Source: Coraliomargarita sp. (GTDB lineage Bacteria; Verrucomicrobiota; Verrucomicrobiia; Opitutales; Coraliomargaritaceae). From it: DNA of 64,000 bases. Location: NCBI GenBank assembly GCA_965216325.1, contig OZ244160.1, forward strand, positions 608,001 to 672,000. The letters are read 5' to 3'. Below, one piece after another: positions 19,959 to 30,923 of the stretch (positions within the stretch are counted from its first letter, which is position 1; each line of letters begins with the position of its first letter). The notes under the pieces are model-generated. The model was not told where the DNA came from. It worked only from the letters and a program-made list of their open reading frames with translations, and made no database searches. The position numbers and the translations under genes are program-made.

Positions 19959-20777
19959 TTAGAAGTGATACTTCACAATCCAGCTGAAGGTGTTCTGATC
20001 GGTGTCGAAGTTACTGGTATCTTTGATACCATATTTGTTCTTCCAATAGTCGTATTCGATACCAGTGAATAGTTTCATTGGCTTGATACCTGCGAACACG
20101 CCTACATCAAACTTAAGTTGTGGACAGAAGTGCAGGTGATCGGTGCCATCGCCAAATACCCAGTCCATAAAGCCGTCGCAGACGAAGGTCGATTTGCCTA
20201 CCGGGTGTGTGTATTTCCATGCGGTGGTGAGCTGATAGGTCTCCATATCGCTCTTTCCATCGTCAAAGCGTCGGTAGACGTTGAGTTGGAAGAAATCAAA
20301 TCCTGGTAGGTCCAAGTCGAAACCCGGGCCGACCAGATAGTCGTCGTCGATGTCCTTGCCAAACTCCCAGCAGGTTGCGAGATTCACATCTTTGATGATG
20401 CCGTAGGACAGATCCTTGTTGAGGATCTTACCCGCGCTGAAGCGTGGCGCAAATTCGCCGTAGTAGCTTTGTTTATTGCCGAAACCATTCTCATCGCCAT
20501 CGAAGTGCGTGCCATCGACGAAGATGAAGAGGTCGCCGAAGGACCAACCACTGGCGTGCTCAAAGGTGAGCGTATGCTGTGTGCTTGGATCGACTTCATA
20601 GTTCTTACCTGTCAGGAAGGTTAGGCTGTTGTCCTGCCATAGGACGAGTCCATCAAAGAAACTGGATGCGTTGGTTTCTTCCGCAACTGCTGTAGTGCTT
20701 GCAGGCTCTTCAGCAAGGAGCGAAGTCGTTAATAGGACGGCGCTAGCCGCTGTGATCAATTGTTGTGTCTTTATCAT
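19959..20777 (-). CDS. Tsx-like nucleoside/nucleobase outer-membrane channel
   Basis: Signal peptide from ATG 20777, TFEHASGWSFGDLFIFVD, YGEFAPRFS, EYDYWKNKYG, terminal Phe; last gene of a salvage operon. Confidence 0.8.
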   Translation of the reverse strand: MIKTQQLITAASAVLLTTSLLAEEPASTTAVAEETNASSFFDGLVLWQDNSLTFLTGKNYEVDPSTQHTLTFEHASGWSFGDLFIFVDGTHFDGDENGFGNKQSYYGEFAPRFSAGKILNKDLSYGIIKDVNLATCWEFGKDIDDDYLVGPGFDLDLPGFDFFQLNVYRRFDDGKSDMETYQLTTAWKYTHPVGKSTFVCDGFMDWVFGDGTDHLHFCPQLKFDVGVFAGIKPMKLFTGIEYDYWKNKYGIKDTSNFDTDQNTFSWIVKYHF

Positions 20778-20787
20778 TATCAAAATG

Positions 20788-21330
20788 CTACCCAACCGGT
20801 CCTTCGTAGATGCCGATGTAGGGCACGTTCCGATACTTCTGGGCGTAATCGAGACCATAGCCGCAGACGAATTCATCGGGGATATCGACGCCGCAGAAAT
20901 CAATGTCTACCTCGACTTGGCGTCGCGATGGCTTGTTCAGTAGCGTGCAGATCTTAAGCGAAGCTGGCTTGCGGCTTTCAAGCATGCGCACGACTTTGCT
21001 AAAGGTGTTGCCGGTATCGATGATGTCTTCCACTAAGAGCACGTGGCGATCAGTAATCGACTCGTCGAGGTCCATGACGACTTTGACATCACCGGAACTT
21101 TCGGTCGCATCACCGTAGCTTGAGATGGTCATAAAGTCGGTGACCATTGGCAGTTTCACCTCACGCACAAGGTCAGCCATGAAAACAAAGGAGCCGCGTA
21201 AGAGGCCAACCACGATGAGTTCCTTGTCGGAGTCTTGGTAGTGTGTCGTGATTTCCTTGCCGAGTTGCGTGACAATTTCAGCAATCTCTTCTTGGGAGAA
21301 GAGTATCTTTTTGAGTCCTTGTTCAGCCAT
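20788..21330 (-). CDS. hpt: Hypoxanthine phosphoribosyltransferase
   Basis: GLLRGSFVFMADL, LLVEDIIDTGNT, FVCGYGLDY..YRN. Confidence 0.95.
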   Translation of the reverse strand: MAEQGLKKILFSQEEIAEIVTQLGKEITTHYQDSDKELIVVGLLRGSFVFMADLVREVKLPMVTDFMTISSYGDATESSGDVKVVMDLDESITDRHVLLVEDIIDTGNTFSKVVRMLESRKPASLKICTLLNKPSRRQVEVDIDFCGVDIPDEFVCGYGLDYAQKYRNVPYIGIYEGPVG

Positions 21331-21357
21331 ATTGGGTCCTTCTATATTGGTTGGTGT

Positions 21358-22641
21358 TTAGTGAGTAGAAATGAGTAGGTTGATTGCAGAGAGTAGGCCG
21401 ATGACCCACATGACTGGGGGCAACTTTTTAAGGTCTCCGCTGAATACCGCGATGAGGATGTAGGCGAGGAAGCCGATGGTGAGCCCTGTTGCGATGCTGA
21501 AGGTCAGTGGCATGAGCAGCATGGTCAGAAAGGCTGGTATCGCGACTTTGATGTCTGTGAAGTCGATTTTGCTGATGTTTTTGAACATCAAGGAGCCGAC
21601 GATGATCAACGCGGGTGCGGTTGCGAACGCTGGCACGACACTGATGATGGGAGCTAGGAAGAGTGCCAAAATGAAGAGTCCTGCGGTGAATACCGATGAC
21701 AATCCCGTGCGTGCTCCATCTGCAATTCCGGAGGCTGATTCGATGTAGGTTGTGGTCGTGCTGGTTCCTAGAATCGAGCCGGCGACGGTGGCAACCGCAT
21801 CAGCTTCGAGGATCTTATCGATCTTCTTGATCGAGCCATCCTCCTCGACTTGCCCCGCTTCATACGCACAGGCGACAACGGTTCCGACTGAGTCAAAGAG
21901 GTCAACGAACATGAAGGAGAAAATCGCGCCCATGAGGCCCCACTGAAACGCGCCAATGATATCGAGTTCGCCTGCAATCGGTGCAATTGACGGTGGCAGC
22001 GAGAACAAGGCCTCGGGCATCGCGGTTTCGCCAGCAATAACTCCAGCAACGGTGGCAGCGATAATGCCAATGAGGATCGAGCCTTTGACATTCTTGGCTT
22101 CCAATAGGGCGATGAGTGCCAGCGCAATCAGACCAATCGTGACTGAGGTGGTGATCGAACCCAGGCCGACGAGCGTGGCAGGGTTGTCGATCACGAGGCC
22201 CAAGTTTTTGAGGCCGATAAAGGCGATGAACAGACCGATGCCAGCTGCGGTCGCAATACGCAGGCTCACTGGAATGCCATTCACAATTTTTTGTCGGATG
22301 CCGAGGAGCGTCAGGATTAAGAAGGCGACGCCCGAAATGAAGACGACGCCGAGTGCTGTCTGCCATGAGATTTGCTCGCCGAGGACCAGCGAAAACGTGA
22401 AGAAGGCATTCAAGCCCATGCCCGGAGCCATGGCGAATGGCGCGTTTGCACGGAAGGCAACGAGGAGCGTGCCGATGGCGGCTGCGAGGCAAGTTGCAGT
22501 GATCAGCGCCCCCTTTTCCATGCCCGTCATGCTGAGCATGTCCGGGTTGACGATGATGATGTATGCCATCGTCAAGAAGGTGGTAAAGCCGCCGATTACC
22601 TCCGTGCGGACATCAGTGTTGTTTTCTTTGAGTTTAAACAT
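21358..22641 (-). CDS. NCS2 (AzgA/PbuG-like) purine permease
   Basis: TTFLTMAYII, APGMGLNAFF, DLFDSVGT, TYIESASG...GARTGL. Confidence 0.92.
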   Translation of the reverse strand: MFKLKENNTDVRTEVIGGFTTFLTMAYIIIVNPDMLSMTGMEKGALITATCLAAAIGTLLVAFRANAPFAMAPGMGLNAFFTFSLVLGEQISWQTALGVVFISGVAFLILTLLGIRQKIVNGIPVSLRIATAAGIGLFIAFIGLKNLGLVIDNPATLVGLGSITTSVTIGLIALALIALLEAKNVKGSILIGIIAATVAGVIAGETAMPEALFSLPPSIAPIAGELDIIGAFQWGLMGAIFSFMFVDLFDSVGTVVACAYEAGQVEEDGSIKKIDKILEADAVATVAGSILGTSTTTTYIESASGIADGARTGLSSVFTAGLFILALFLAPIISVVPAFATAPALIIVGSLMFKNISKIDFTDIKVAIPAFLTMLLMPLTFSIATGLTIGFLAYILIAVFSGDLKKLPPVMWVIGLLSAINLLISTH

Positions 22642-22692
22642 GAAGGCTCTTCAGTTCGTATGTGTTGTTGGTTGAATTTTGCGTTGCTGTAT

Positions 22693-23328
22693 TCAGGTTC
22701 CGAACAGGCGGTCGCCTGCATCCCCGAGTCCGGGTAAAATGTAGGCGTTGTCATTGAGCTCCTTGTCTAGCGCGGCCGCATAAATTTCGACATCCGGGTG
22801 CGCATGTTGAAAGGCTTCAACACCTTCGGGTGCGGCGACCAAGCACATGAACTTAATATTCTTTGCGCCGTTCTTCTTGAGTAAGTCCGCCGATGCGATC
22901 GCAGAACCTCCGGTTGCGAGCATCGGATCGATCATGATGAACATACGCTCTTCGGGTTGCTTCATTGGTCGAAAATAGTAGGTCACGGGTTCGTGTGTGT
23001 CATGATCCCGATACAAGCCCAAATGGCTTACCGCACAGTTCGGAATTAGATTCAATACACCGTCGACCATGCCGAGTCCTGCGCGGAGTAGGGGCACGAG
23101 CACGACATTCTCGGCGTCAATGACATGGCAGATTGTTTCCTCCAGCGGGGTCTCTACTTGCACCGCGCGCACAGGTAAGTTCTTGGTGATCTCATAAGCC
23201 AAGAGTGTGCCGACTTCGTCGACCAGTTCCTTGAAGACTTTCTTTGGGGTGTGCTTATCGCGAATGTAGCTGAGCTTGTGTTGAATCAGCGGATGATTCG
23301 AGATCGTGAGTGTTGGGAATCGTTTCAT
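22693..23328 (-). CDS. upp: Uracil phosphoribosyltransferase
   Basis: [43 protein letters not shown]. Confidence 0.97.
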   Translation of the reverse strand: MKRFPTLTISNHPLIQHKLSYIRDKHTPKKVFKELVDEVGTLLAYEITKNLPVRAVQVETPLEETICHVIDAENVVLVPLLRAGLGMVDGVLNLIPNCAVSHLGLYRDHDTHEPVTYYFRPMKQPEERMFIMIDPMLATGGSAIASADLLKKNGAKNIKFMCLVAAPEGVEAFQHAHPDVEIYAAALDKELNDNAYILPGLGDAGDRLFGT

Positions 23329-23344
23329 GGTAGTTTGGTTGGTG

Positions 23345-24565
23345 TTAATCGTTGTCCGGGTCGTCAGGTAAAATGATGTGGAGAGCCAAGTTTGCGAGCA
23401 TGCCGATCAAGGCGGCCAATCCGATACCTTCGATGGCGAAATTACCAATGGATAGCTTCACGCCGCCTAAGCCGCATACGAGAATGAGTGCGACGATGAT
23501 CAAATTGCGGCTGCGGTTGAAATCGAGTTGTGCATTCGAAATTGTGCGAATGCCAACCGAGGCGATCATCCCGAATAGAATGAAACTGACACCGCCCATA
23601 ACGGCGACGGGGATGGTGCGCAGGAAGCCACCGATGGGGCTAAATAAGCCAAGCAAGATCGCGAAGGCTGCTGCAATGCGAATGACTGCAGGACTGTAGT
23701 TCTTAGTGACTGCCAAGACACCGGTGTTTTCAGAGTAGGTGGTGTTCGGAGGGCCTCCAATGAAGCCTGAAAACATCGTAGCCAATCCATCGCCCAGTAA
23801 GGTTCGGTGTAGACCTGGCTTCTTGAAGAAATCCTTTTTAACGACTGCACCGTTGGTCGTAATGTCTCCGATATGTTCCATAACTGAGACGATGGCAATC
23901 GGCATGATTGTTAAGATGGCCCCTAATTCGAATGAGGGGAGCACAAAGTTATCCGCGCCGATAAAGAGACTGCCGGTGCTTTGCAGTGGGGAGTAGTCGA
24001 TTCGCCCTAAGGCAGCTGCGACCGCATAGCCTGCAAAAATGCCAATAAGGATTGGCACTAATTTAAAGAAGCCTTTCATGAAGCAGGAAACGGCTATGAT
24101 CGTTAGAATCGAAACGATGGATAGCAGCCAATCGGAAGAGGCCATGCTGACCCCGATCGGGGCTAAGGATAAGCCGATGACCATAATCACCGGTCCGGTG
24201 ACGACTGCTGGGAAGAGTCGCTTCATGAGTTGGACGCCGCCGATTTTCACGACCAGCGACATCAGCATGTAAATCAGGCCGGCAAAGATAACACCTCCAA
24301 GAGCTGCGGATAAACCGCTGCCATCCTCTCCAGCGACTGTTTTAATCGCTCCAATAAAGGCAAAGCTAGATCCTAGGAATACCGGGACTATGCCGCCAGT
24401 TACTCCATGGAAAATAAATGTGCCGATCCCCGCTGCGAGTAGGGCGATGCTTGGGTCCATTCCAGTTAAGGCGGGCATGAGGATGGTTGCTCCGAACATC
24501 GCAAAGACGTGCTGGATTCCCAGCACGAGCTGTGGCCCGATACTTACTTGATCTTGTTTTACCAT
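23345..24565 (-). CDS. uraA: Uracil permease (NCS2, UraA/PyrP-like)
   Basis: [35 protein letters not shown] at 24565. Confidence 0.9.
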   Translation of the reverse strand: MVKQDQVSIGPQLVLGIQHVFAMFGATILMPALTGMDPSIALLAAGIGTFIFHGVTGGIVPVFLGSSFAFIGAIKTVAGEDGSGLSAALGGVIFAGLIYMLMSLVVKIGGVQLMKRLFPAVVTGPVIMVIGLSLAPIGVSMASSDWLLSIVSILTIIAVSCFMKGFFKLVPILIGIFAGYAVAAALGRIDYSPLQSTGSLFIGADNFVLPSFELGAILTIMPIAIVSVMEHIGDITTNGAVVKKDFFKKPGLHRTLLGDGLATMFSGFIGGPPNTTYSENTGVLAVTKNYSPAVIRIAAAFAILLGLFSPIGGFLRTIPVAVMGGVSFILFGMIASVGIRTISNAQLDFNRSRNLIIVALILVCGLGGVKLSIGNFAIEGIGLAALIGMLANLALHIILPDDPDND

Positions 24566-24659
24566 TTGTTCGTTTGTTCTGCTCTGGATTCGGAGAATCA
24601 ACCATTACGCTGAAAACACAGGGCGTTGGCCCCTCTCAATCACATCGTAATGATAAGGC

Positions 24660-24712
24660 AAAAAAAAGCTACCTGAGAGACTTCGCCTTGCGGTTATGTC
24701 TCCCAGGTAGCT
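24660..24712 (-). terminator. Intrinsic terminator after the carboxyltransferase gene
   Basis: AGCTACCTG...CAGGTAGCT stem with an A-run on + (U-run on -). Confidence 0.7.
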
Positions 24713-24732
24713 CAAGTTTAAATACTCAGTTG

Positions 24733-26232
<1,500 letters not shown>

Positions 26233-26383
26233 AATTTACAACTTAGGATTTGGATAAGTTCAGCTTTATGCTTTTATTTTTAAAATCAGCAAGGCTTATG
26301 GGTTGAGCTTGTTATCTATAAGGGTAGCTGATATGCTGCAAAAGCAATTCGATGTACCACTTAGTTGTGGAATCGTCTCTAGC

Positions 26384-27427
26384 CTATGGGTTTACAAACA
26401 CAGGTAGCCCGTCATGGATCGCATGAACGAGGCTCTCGGCATTCCAGTTTGCTAGGCGAAAGCAGCCGCTCGACTCTGTGCGACCGACTTGTTCGGGCGC
26501 AGGGGTGCCATGTATGCCGTAGCTCGGGAGGTTAAGCCCGATCCAGACTGTGCCGACCGGGTTATTGGGGCCTTGAGGGATAACAAACTTGCTGGTGATC
26601 CCTTCCCGCTTGGCAGTATTCTTAAGGATTGCGGGGTTGAAGGTGTAGTTGGGGTCCTCAACCCGGACTTTGACGCGAAGCTCGCCACTGGGGCGCTTAT
26701 CGACTCTTTCAGCAATACTGACCGGGCAATGAAAGAGTAGCTTACCGTCCGCATCGAGTAGCTGCAGTTGACGGAGTGAGAGGTGGATCTGGATCGAATC
26801 GGCGCGTCCTTTTGGAATCGAGTAGGGCGTCAGATAGGGCACACGGATTCGTGTGCCAGCGCGAAGACTGTTCCAATGAATGCTGGGATTCAGTGCCTTG
26901 ATATAGTCGGGGTCGCTTAGACTGTGCTCGGCAACCATCTCAAGGACCGAATTGTAGGCCATTGAATCCACGAACTCACGCTCGCGCCATGTCCGCGGTT
27001 TGGGGGAGATTCGTTGAAAATCCCGAGTGGTGAGTTCCAGCTCTGCAAAGACCGGATCTTCGATGCGTAAGAGTCGACTGGTGGCAGGGTCGAGTTCGCC
27101 GCTTTGGGGCAGTTCGTGTCGTGCCTGGAAGGCTTTAAGTGCGAGTTTGGTCTGGCTGCCAAGGGTGCCGTCGATTGAGCCCGGTGAGCAGCCTTGGCGT
27201 GCGAGTGCGATTTGGAGTTCGGTTGGGCTGGCGATTGTGCGACCCGCAGGCAAGTTCCGCGTGGCTGGGCGTACAACTAGCCAGTAGTAGCCAGCAATTA
27301 CCGCAGCGATGGTGAGCAGCGCAATTAGCCATGGTTTGATTGGCAGCTTGCGCTTGGCTTTGCGGCGGGTTGGCTTGCGTCGTGTCGCGCGTTTGCGTGT
27401 GCGGGCTGTTTTGCGTTTTGGGCTCAG
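26384..27427 (-). CDS. L,D-transpeptidase with peptidoglycan-binding domain and N-terminal membrane anchor
   Basis: GPNNPVG..WIGL...YGIHGT...SSGCFRL; PG-binding GSIDG..G..T..ALKAFQ; frame open 58 codons upstream of the track start, to a CTG at 27427 (start uncertain). Confidence 0.85.
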   Translation of the reverse strand: MSPKRKTARTRKRATRRKPTRRKAKRKLPIKPWLIALLTIAAVIAGYYWLVVRPATRNLPAGRTIASPTELQIALARQGCSPGSIDGTLGSQTKLALKAFQARHELPQSGELDPATSRLLRIEDPVFAELELTTRDFQRISPKPRTWREREFVDSMAYNSVLEMVAEHSLSDPDYIKALNPSIHWNSLRAGTRIRVPYLTPYSIPKGRADSIQIHLSLRQLQLLDADGKLLFHCPVSIAERVDKRPSGELRVKVRVEDPNYTFNPAILKNTAKREGITSKFVIPQGPNNPVGTVWIGLNLPSYGIHGTPAPEQVGRTESSGCFRLANWNAESLVHAIHDGLPVFVNP

Positions 27428-27438
27428 ATCTAAAGAAG

Positions 27439-27520
27439 CTTACTCTTCATCTTGCTCATAATCTTACTCTAGAACACGTGAGATTAAGATTACAATTATG
27501 AGTAGGATTCAGATAATTAA
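27439..27520. repeat. Inverted arrays of degenerate hexamer (GATTAA/GAGTAA)
   Basis: cttactcttcatcttgctcataatcttactct ... gagattaagattacaattatgagtaggatt. Confidence 0.65.
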
Positions 27521-27522
27521 GG

Positions 27523-29691
27523 CTACGACTTCGGCGGAGCTTTACGCACCAGCACTTTAGGCATCTCGCCGTGGTCGTCTTGTGTTTGGCGAGAGTCCGT
27601 TTCCTGTTTACGATAGGTGGACTCTTCAAGGAAGAGCTTCTGTGCCGATACCAGAGAGTTGCCCTTACGATTGCGGCTGGATTTTGTGTAGGAACCGTTG
27701 GCACGTAGGAAGCGGGCGTTTTGGGTGTCGGTCAGATAGACCTCGAGGATGTGGATCAGGCGCTCACGGATGCCCGGGTCTTTGACCGGAAAGACACACT
27801 CGATACGGCGGTAGAAATTACGTGGCATCCAGTCGGCGCTACCAGCCAGCAGGTGTGGCTCAACTCCTGTGGTATTTTCAAAGTAGAAGATGCGGCTGTG
27901 CTCAAGATAGCGACCGAGGATGCTACGCACTTTGATGTTTTCGCTGATGCCACGAATGCCGGGTACCAGGTTGCAAATGCCACGGACGATGAGATCAATC
28001 TTCACTCCAGCTTGTGAGGCACGGTAGAGGTTATCGATTGTTTCCTGATCCACCAAGCTGTTAGTTTGGACAATAATCCGTGCAGGCTTTCCAGCGCGGG
28101 CGTTGCGTGCTTCGGCTTGGATGTATTTCTGGATCGTCGAGTGCAGGTTGAACGGAGCAACGAGTAGTTTCTTAAACGACGGTGTCAGCGAGAAACCCGT
28201 GAGTGTGTTGAATAGGTTCGCGACTTCTTCGGTGAGATCTTCGCGTGCGGTGAAGTAGCTCAGGTCGGTATACAGGCGAGCGGTCTTGGGATTATAGTTT
28301 CCTGTGCCGAGGTGGCAGTAGCGCTTGAGTCCTTTGCCCTCACGGCGCACGACCATACAGGTTTTACAGTGGGTCTTCAATCCGACCAATCCATACACTA
28401 CATGCACACCAACGTCCTCAAGTTGGCGGGCCCATTGAATGTTGTTTGCCTCATCAAAGCGGGCTTTGATCTCCACCAGCACGGTGACTTGCTTGCCGTT
28501 ACGGGACGCCTCCATTAGAGCCTCAACAATGGGCGAGTCACCGGAGGTGCGATAGAGGGTTTGCTTGATGGCGAAGACTTTCGGATCTCGCGCGGCGCGC
28601 TGAATGAAGTCCACGAAGGGCTGAAAGCTATCGTAAGGCTGGTGTAGCAGGTAGTCCTTCTTAGCGATATTTTCAAACAGCCGTTCGGGCGATTCGAGAT
28701 CGGGCTCGGTGTAGGGGAACTGTGGCGGAAATTTTAGCTCCGGACGGTCAATCAGATCGTAGGCGCTCATCATGCGCGCGAAGTTGATTGGCCCATCAAT
28801 GGTATAGACGTGCTCGGGGGCCAAGTCGATGGACTGTAGCAAGTCCTGCATGAGCACTGGGTCGGCACCGCTGGCAATTTCCAGGCGCACCGCAGCTCCC
28901 TTTTCACGATTCATCAGCTCTTCTTGAAGCTTGTTGAGCAGGTTCTCCACTTCTTCTTCATCGAAATAGAGGTCACTGTTGCGCGTGATTCGGAAGGGCA
29001 CCGCCGAATGCACTCGATAGCCGGGGAAGAGTTGGCTCACATAGCGTTGGATAATGTCGCTTAGGAAGATATAAACCTCGGGCTTGCCACGGCGTGGCAC
29101 GTCGACTCGGACGACACGCGGCAAAATGCGGGGCACGGGGATAATCGCCATACGGTGGTCCGACTTGCCTTTGTCGACATCGCCGATTGAGGCCAAAATG
29201 TAGAGTGCTTTGTTCGCGAGCTTTGGAAAGGGGTGAGCCGGATCGATCGCTAATGGAGTTAACACCGGGAAAATTTGCTCTTCAAAATAGTCACTCAGCC
29301 AGCGCTTCTCGTTGCGCGTCAGGTCATCGTAGCCACGAAAGAGAATCGAGGACTGTTCCAATTCGGGAACGATTTGCTGATGCCAGCAGTCATACTGATC
29401 GCTCACTAGACGTTTGGCGATACTTTGGATGCGTCGGATCTGCTCTTTGGGGCCGAGGCCGTCTGGACCGCGCTCGATAATACCCGACTTTACCTGCTGC
29501 ATGAGGCCCGAGACGCGGATCTCGAAGAATTCATCGAGGTTTGAGCTGACGAAGGCCAGGAACTTCATACGCTCCAGCAGTGGATAGTCCGCAGACTCAG
29601 CCTGCTCAAGAACACGACGGTTAAAGGCGAGCCATGAAAGCTCACGGTTGAAGTAAGGGAAGCGGGAGAGGGTTGGATTCGAATTCGTCAC
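27523..29691 (-). CDS. ppk1: Polyphosphate kinase 1
   Basis: [66 protein letters not shown] 29691 is the likely start. Confidence 0.96.
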   Translation of the reverse strand: MTNSNPTLSRFPYFNRELSWLAFNRRVLEQAESADYPLLERMKFLAFVSSNLDEFFEIRVSGLMQQVKSGIIERGPDGLGPKEQIRRIQSIAKRLVSDQYDCWHQQIVPELEQSSILFRGYDDLTRNEKRWLSDYFEEQIFPVLTPLAIDPAHPFPKLANKALYILASIGDVDKGKSDHRMAIIPVPRILPRVVRVDVPRRGKPEVYIFLSDIIQRYVSQLFPGYRVHSAVPFRITRNSDLYFDEEEVENLLNKLQEELMNREKGAAVRLEIASGADPVLMQDLLQSIDLAPEHVYTIDGPINFARMMSAYDLIDRPELKFPPQFPYTEPDLESPERLFENIAKKDYLLHQPYDSFQPFVDFIQRAARDPKVFAIKQTLYRTSGDSPIVEALMEASRNGKQVTVLVEIKARFDEANNIQWARQLEDVGVHVVYGLVGLKTHCKTCMVVRREGKGLKRYCHLGTGNYNPKTARLYTDLSYFTAREDLTEEVANLFNTLTGFSLTPSFKKLLVAPFNLHSTIQKYIQAEARNARAGKPARIIVQTNSLVDQETIDNLYRASQAGVKIDLIVRGICNLVPGIRGISENIKVRSILGRYLEHSRIFYFENTTGVEPHLLAGSADWMPRNFYRRIECVFPVKDPGIRERLIHILEVYLTDTQNARFLRANGSYTKSSRNRKGNSLVSAQKLFLEESTYRKQETDSRQTQDDHGEMPKVLVRKAPPKS

Positions 29692-29769
29692 GCAGTGCAA
29701 AAGTTGATAGGCTAGGCATATCGTAGTGTGAGCGGATGGCAAGTCTACCTCGGCTTCGGCGTGTGAATT

Positions 29770-29940
29770 TTGAACCGCTCATATACGTGAATCGATGCTG
29801 AGTGCATGATTTGTAGAATACCGCTTCAGATACTCGTGTGTTGTTGAGGCTTCTGTAATGCCATTCGTTTGGCTCGAATGAGCGTTGATTTACGTAAATG
29901 ATGAGTTCAAATCGCTCTGTGAGGCTTAACGGTTAAAAAT
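29770..29940. repeat. Degenerate copy of the TGAACCGTTAA inverted-repeat family
   Basis: TTGAACCGCTCATATACGTGAAT ... GATTTACGTAAATGATGAGTTCAA ... TTAACGGTTAAA. Confidence 0.45.
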
Positions 29941-30008
29941 GAGGAAAATTTCCCAAACCAGTTGCAAAATAGCGGATTTCACTGATGCTATTCTTCACAC
30001 CTTTAATT

Positions 30009-30221
30009 ATGAAGATCACATACCTACTAACACTCCTCGTTGCCTTGGGTTTATTCGCAGGCTGCAGCTCAAACTCCGATTCTGATGCTGGTGCATCTGC
30101 TGAATCTGCCGCTCAGACGGGTTCCGGTGAAGAAATCGATGAATCCGTTATCACTCCAAATGATGGCCCTCTGATGGACCAATACCTTTCCGGTGAGATT
30201 CCAGGCTACGACGACGAGTAA
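30009..30221 (+). CDS. Small acidic lipoprotein
   Basis: MKITYLLTLLVALGLFAGC lipobox; followed by a terminator. Confidence 0.75.
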   Translation: MKITYLLTLLVALGLFAGCSSNSDSDAGASAESAAQTGSGEEIDESVITPNDGPLMDQYLSGEIPGYDDE

Positions 30222-30243
30222 TCCCGTCAGCAGTTGAACTTTC

Positions 30244-30283
30244 AAAACGCCTCTTCAACCGTTTGGTTGGAGCGGCGTTTTTT
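30244..30283 (+). terminator. Intrinsic (possibly bidirectional) terminator
   Basis: AAAACGCC...GGCGTTTTTT. Confidence 0.75.
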
Positions 30284-30289
30284 GTATCG

Positions 30290-30354
30290 GTAGCACAGGC
30301 GTTAGGCCTGTGTGTTATTTGTCAAAAGCGACGCGGGCAAGATGCCGGTATGAC
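30290..30354. repeat. GTAG REP doublet, second arm degenerate
   Basis: GTAGCACAGGCGTTAGGCCTGTG ... GGGCAAGATGCCGGTATGAC. Confidence 0.7.
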
Positions 30355-30355
30355 T

Positions 30356-30901
30356 TTACTTCTTCTTGGGAAGGATCACACGGCGGCGCGGTATCGCTTT
30401 GCTACGTGAGGTGTTGTTATTGCTTGGTAAGCCCGGTGGTAAGGCATTGGGCTGCTTGTTGGCCGAAGCGCTGCTTGGCTTGGTCGGCATGGATGACCTG
30501 ACCGGTAGAGGTGCGTCGCTGGCGCTCATCAAGGTGAGCTGTTCAGAGCGCCCATTCATCGTGACCACGACCGTTTGCGCATCCGCATTAAAGCTACTGA
30601 TTGCGATGCCATCTTGATTCTGACCTTGAGTGAGCCAATAGCTACGCTGGTTTTGCTTGTTGAAAATACTGAAGCGATAGGTGCCGGCGAGATTGATGAG
30701 CCCTTTGAACTCCAATTGCTTTGCGATCGGGCCATTGACTTGTGGAGGGGACGGCGCTTGTTCGACTTCTTGCGATAGGTAGCCCGGTGGCAGGAAGGGG
30801 CTGTCTTCTTTCAAGTCCTTGGCTGCAAATAGGCTGCCAGTCAGGCCAATGCTGAGGAGACCTAAGGCAGATTTGCGTAACACTGTGTAATGCTGGGGCA
30901 T
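30356..30901 (-). CDS. Exported hypothetical protein at the end of the T2SS operon (possibly GspC/PilP-like)
   Basis: N-terminal hydrophobic segment, SPF.PP motif, small beta-rich domain, Pro-rich tail; ATG 30901. Confidence 0.65.
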   Translation of the reverse strand: MPQHYTVLRKSALGLLSIGLTGSLFAAKDLKEDSPFLPPGYLSQEVEQAPSPPQVNGPIAKQLEFKGLINLAGTYRFSIFNKQNQRSYWLTQGQNQDGIAISSFNADAQTVVVTMNGRSEQLTLMSASDAPLPVRSSMPTKPSSASANKQPNALPPGLPSNNNTSRSKAIPRRRVILPKKK

Positions 30902-30923
30902 GGACTCTTGAATTTCAGCGTGA

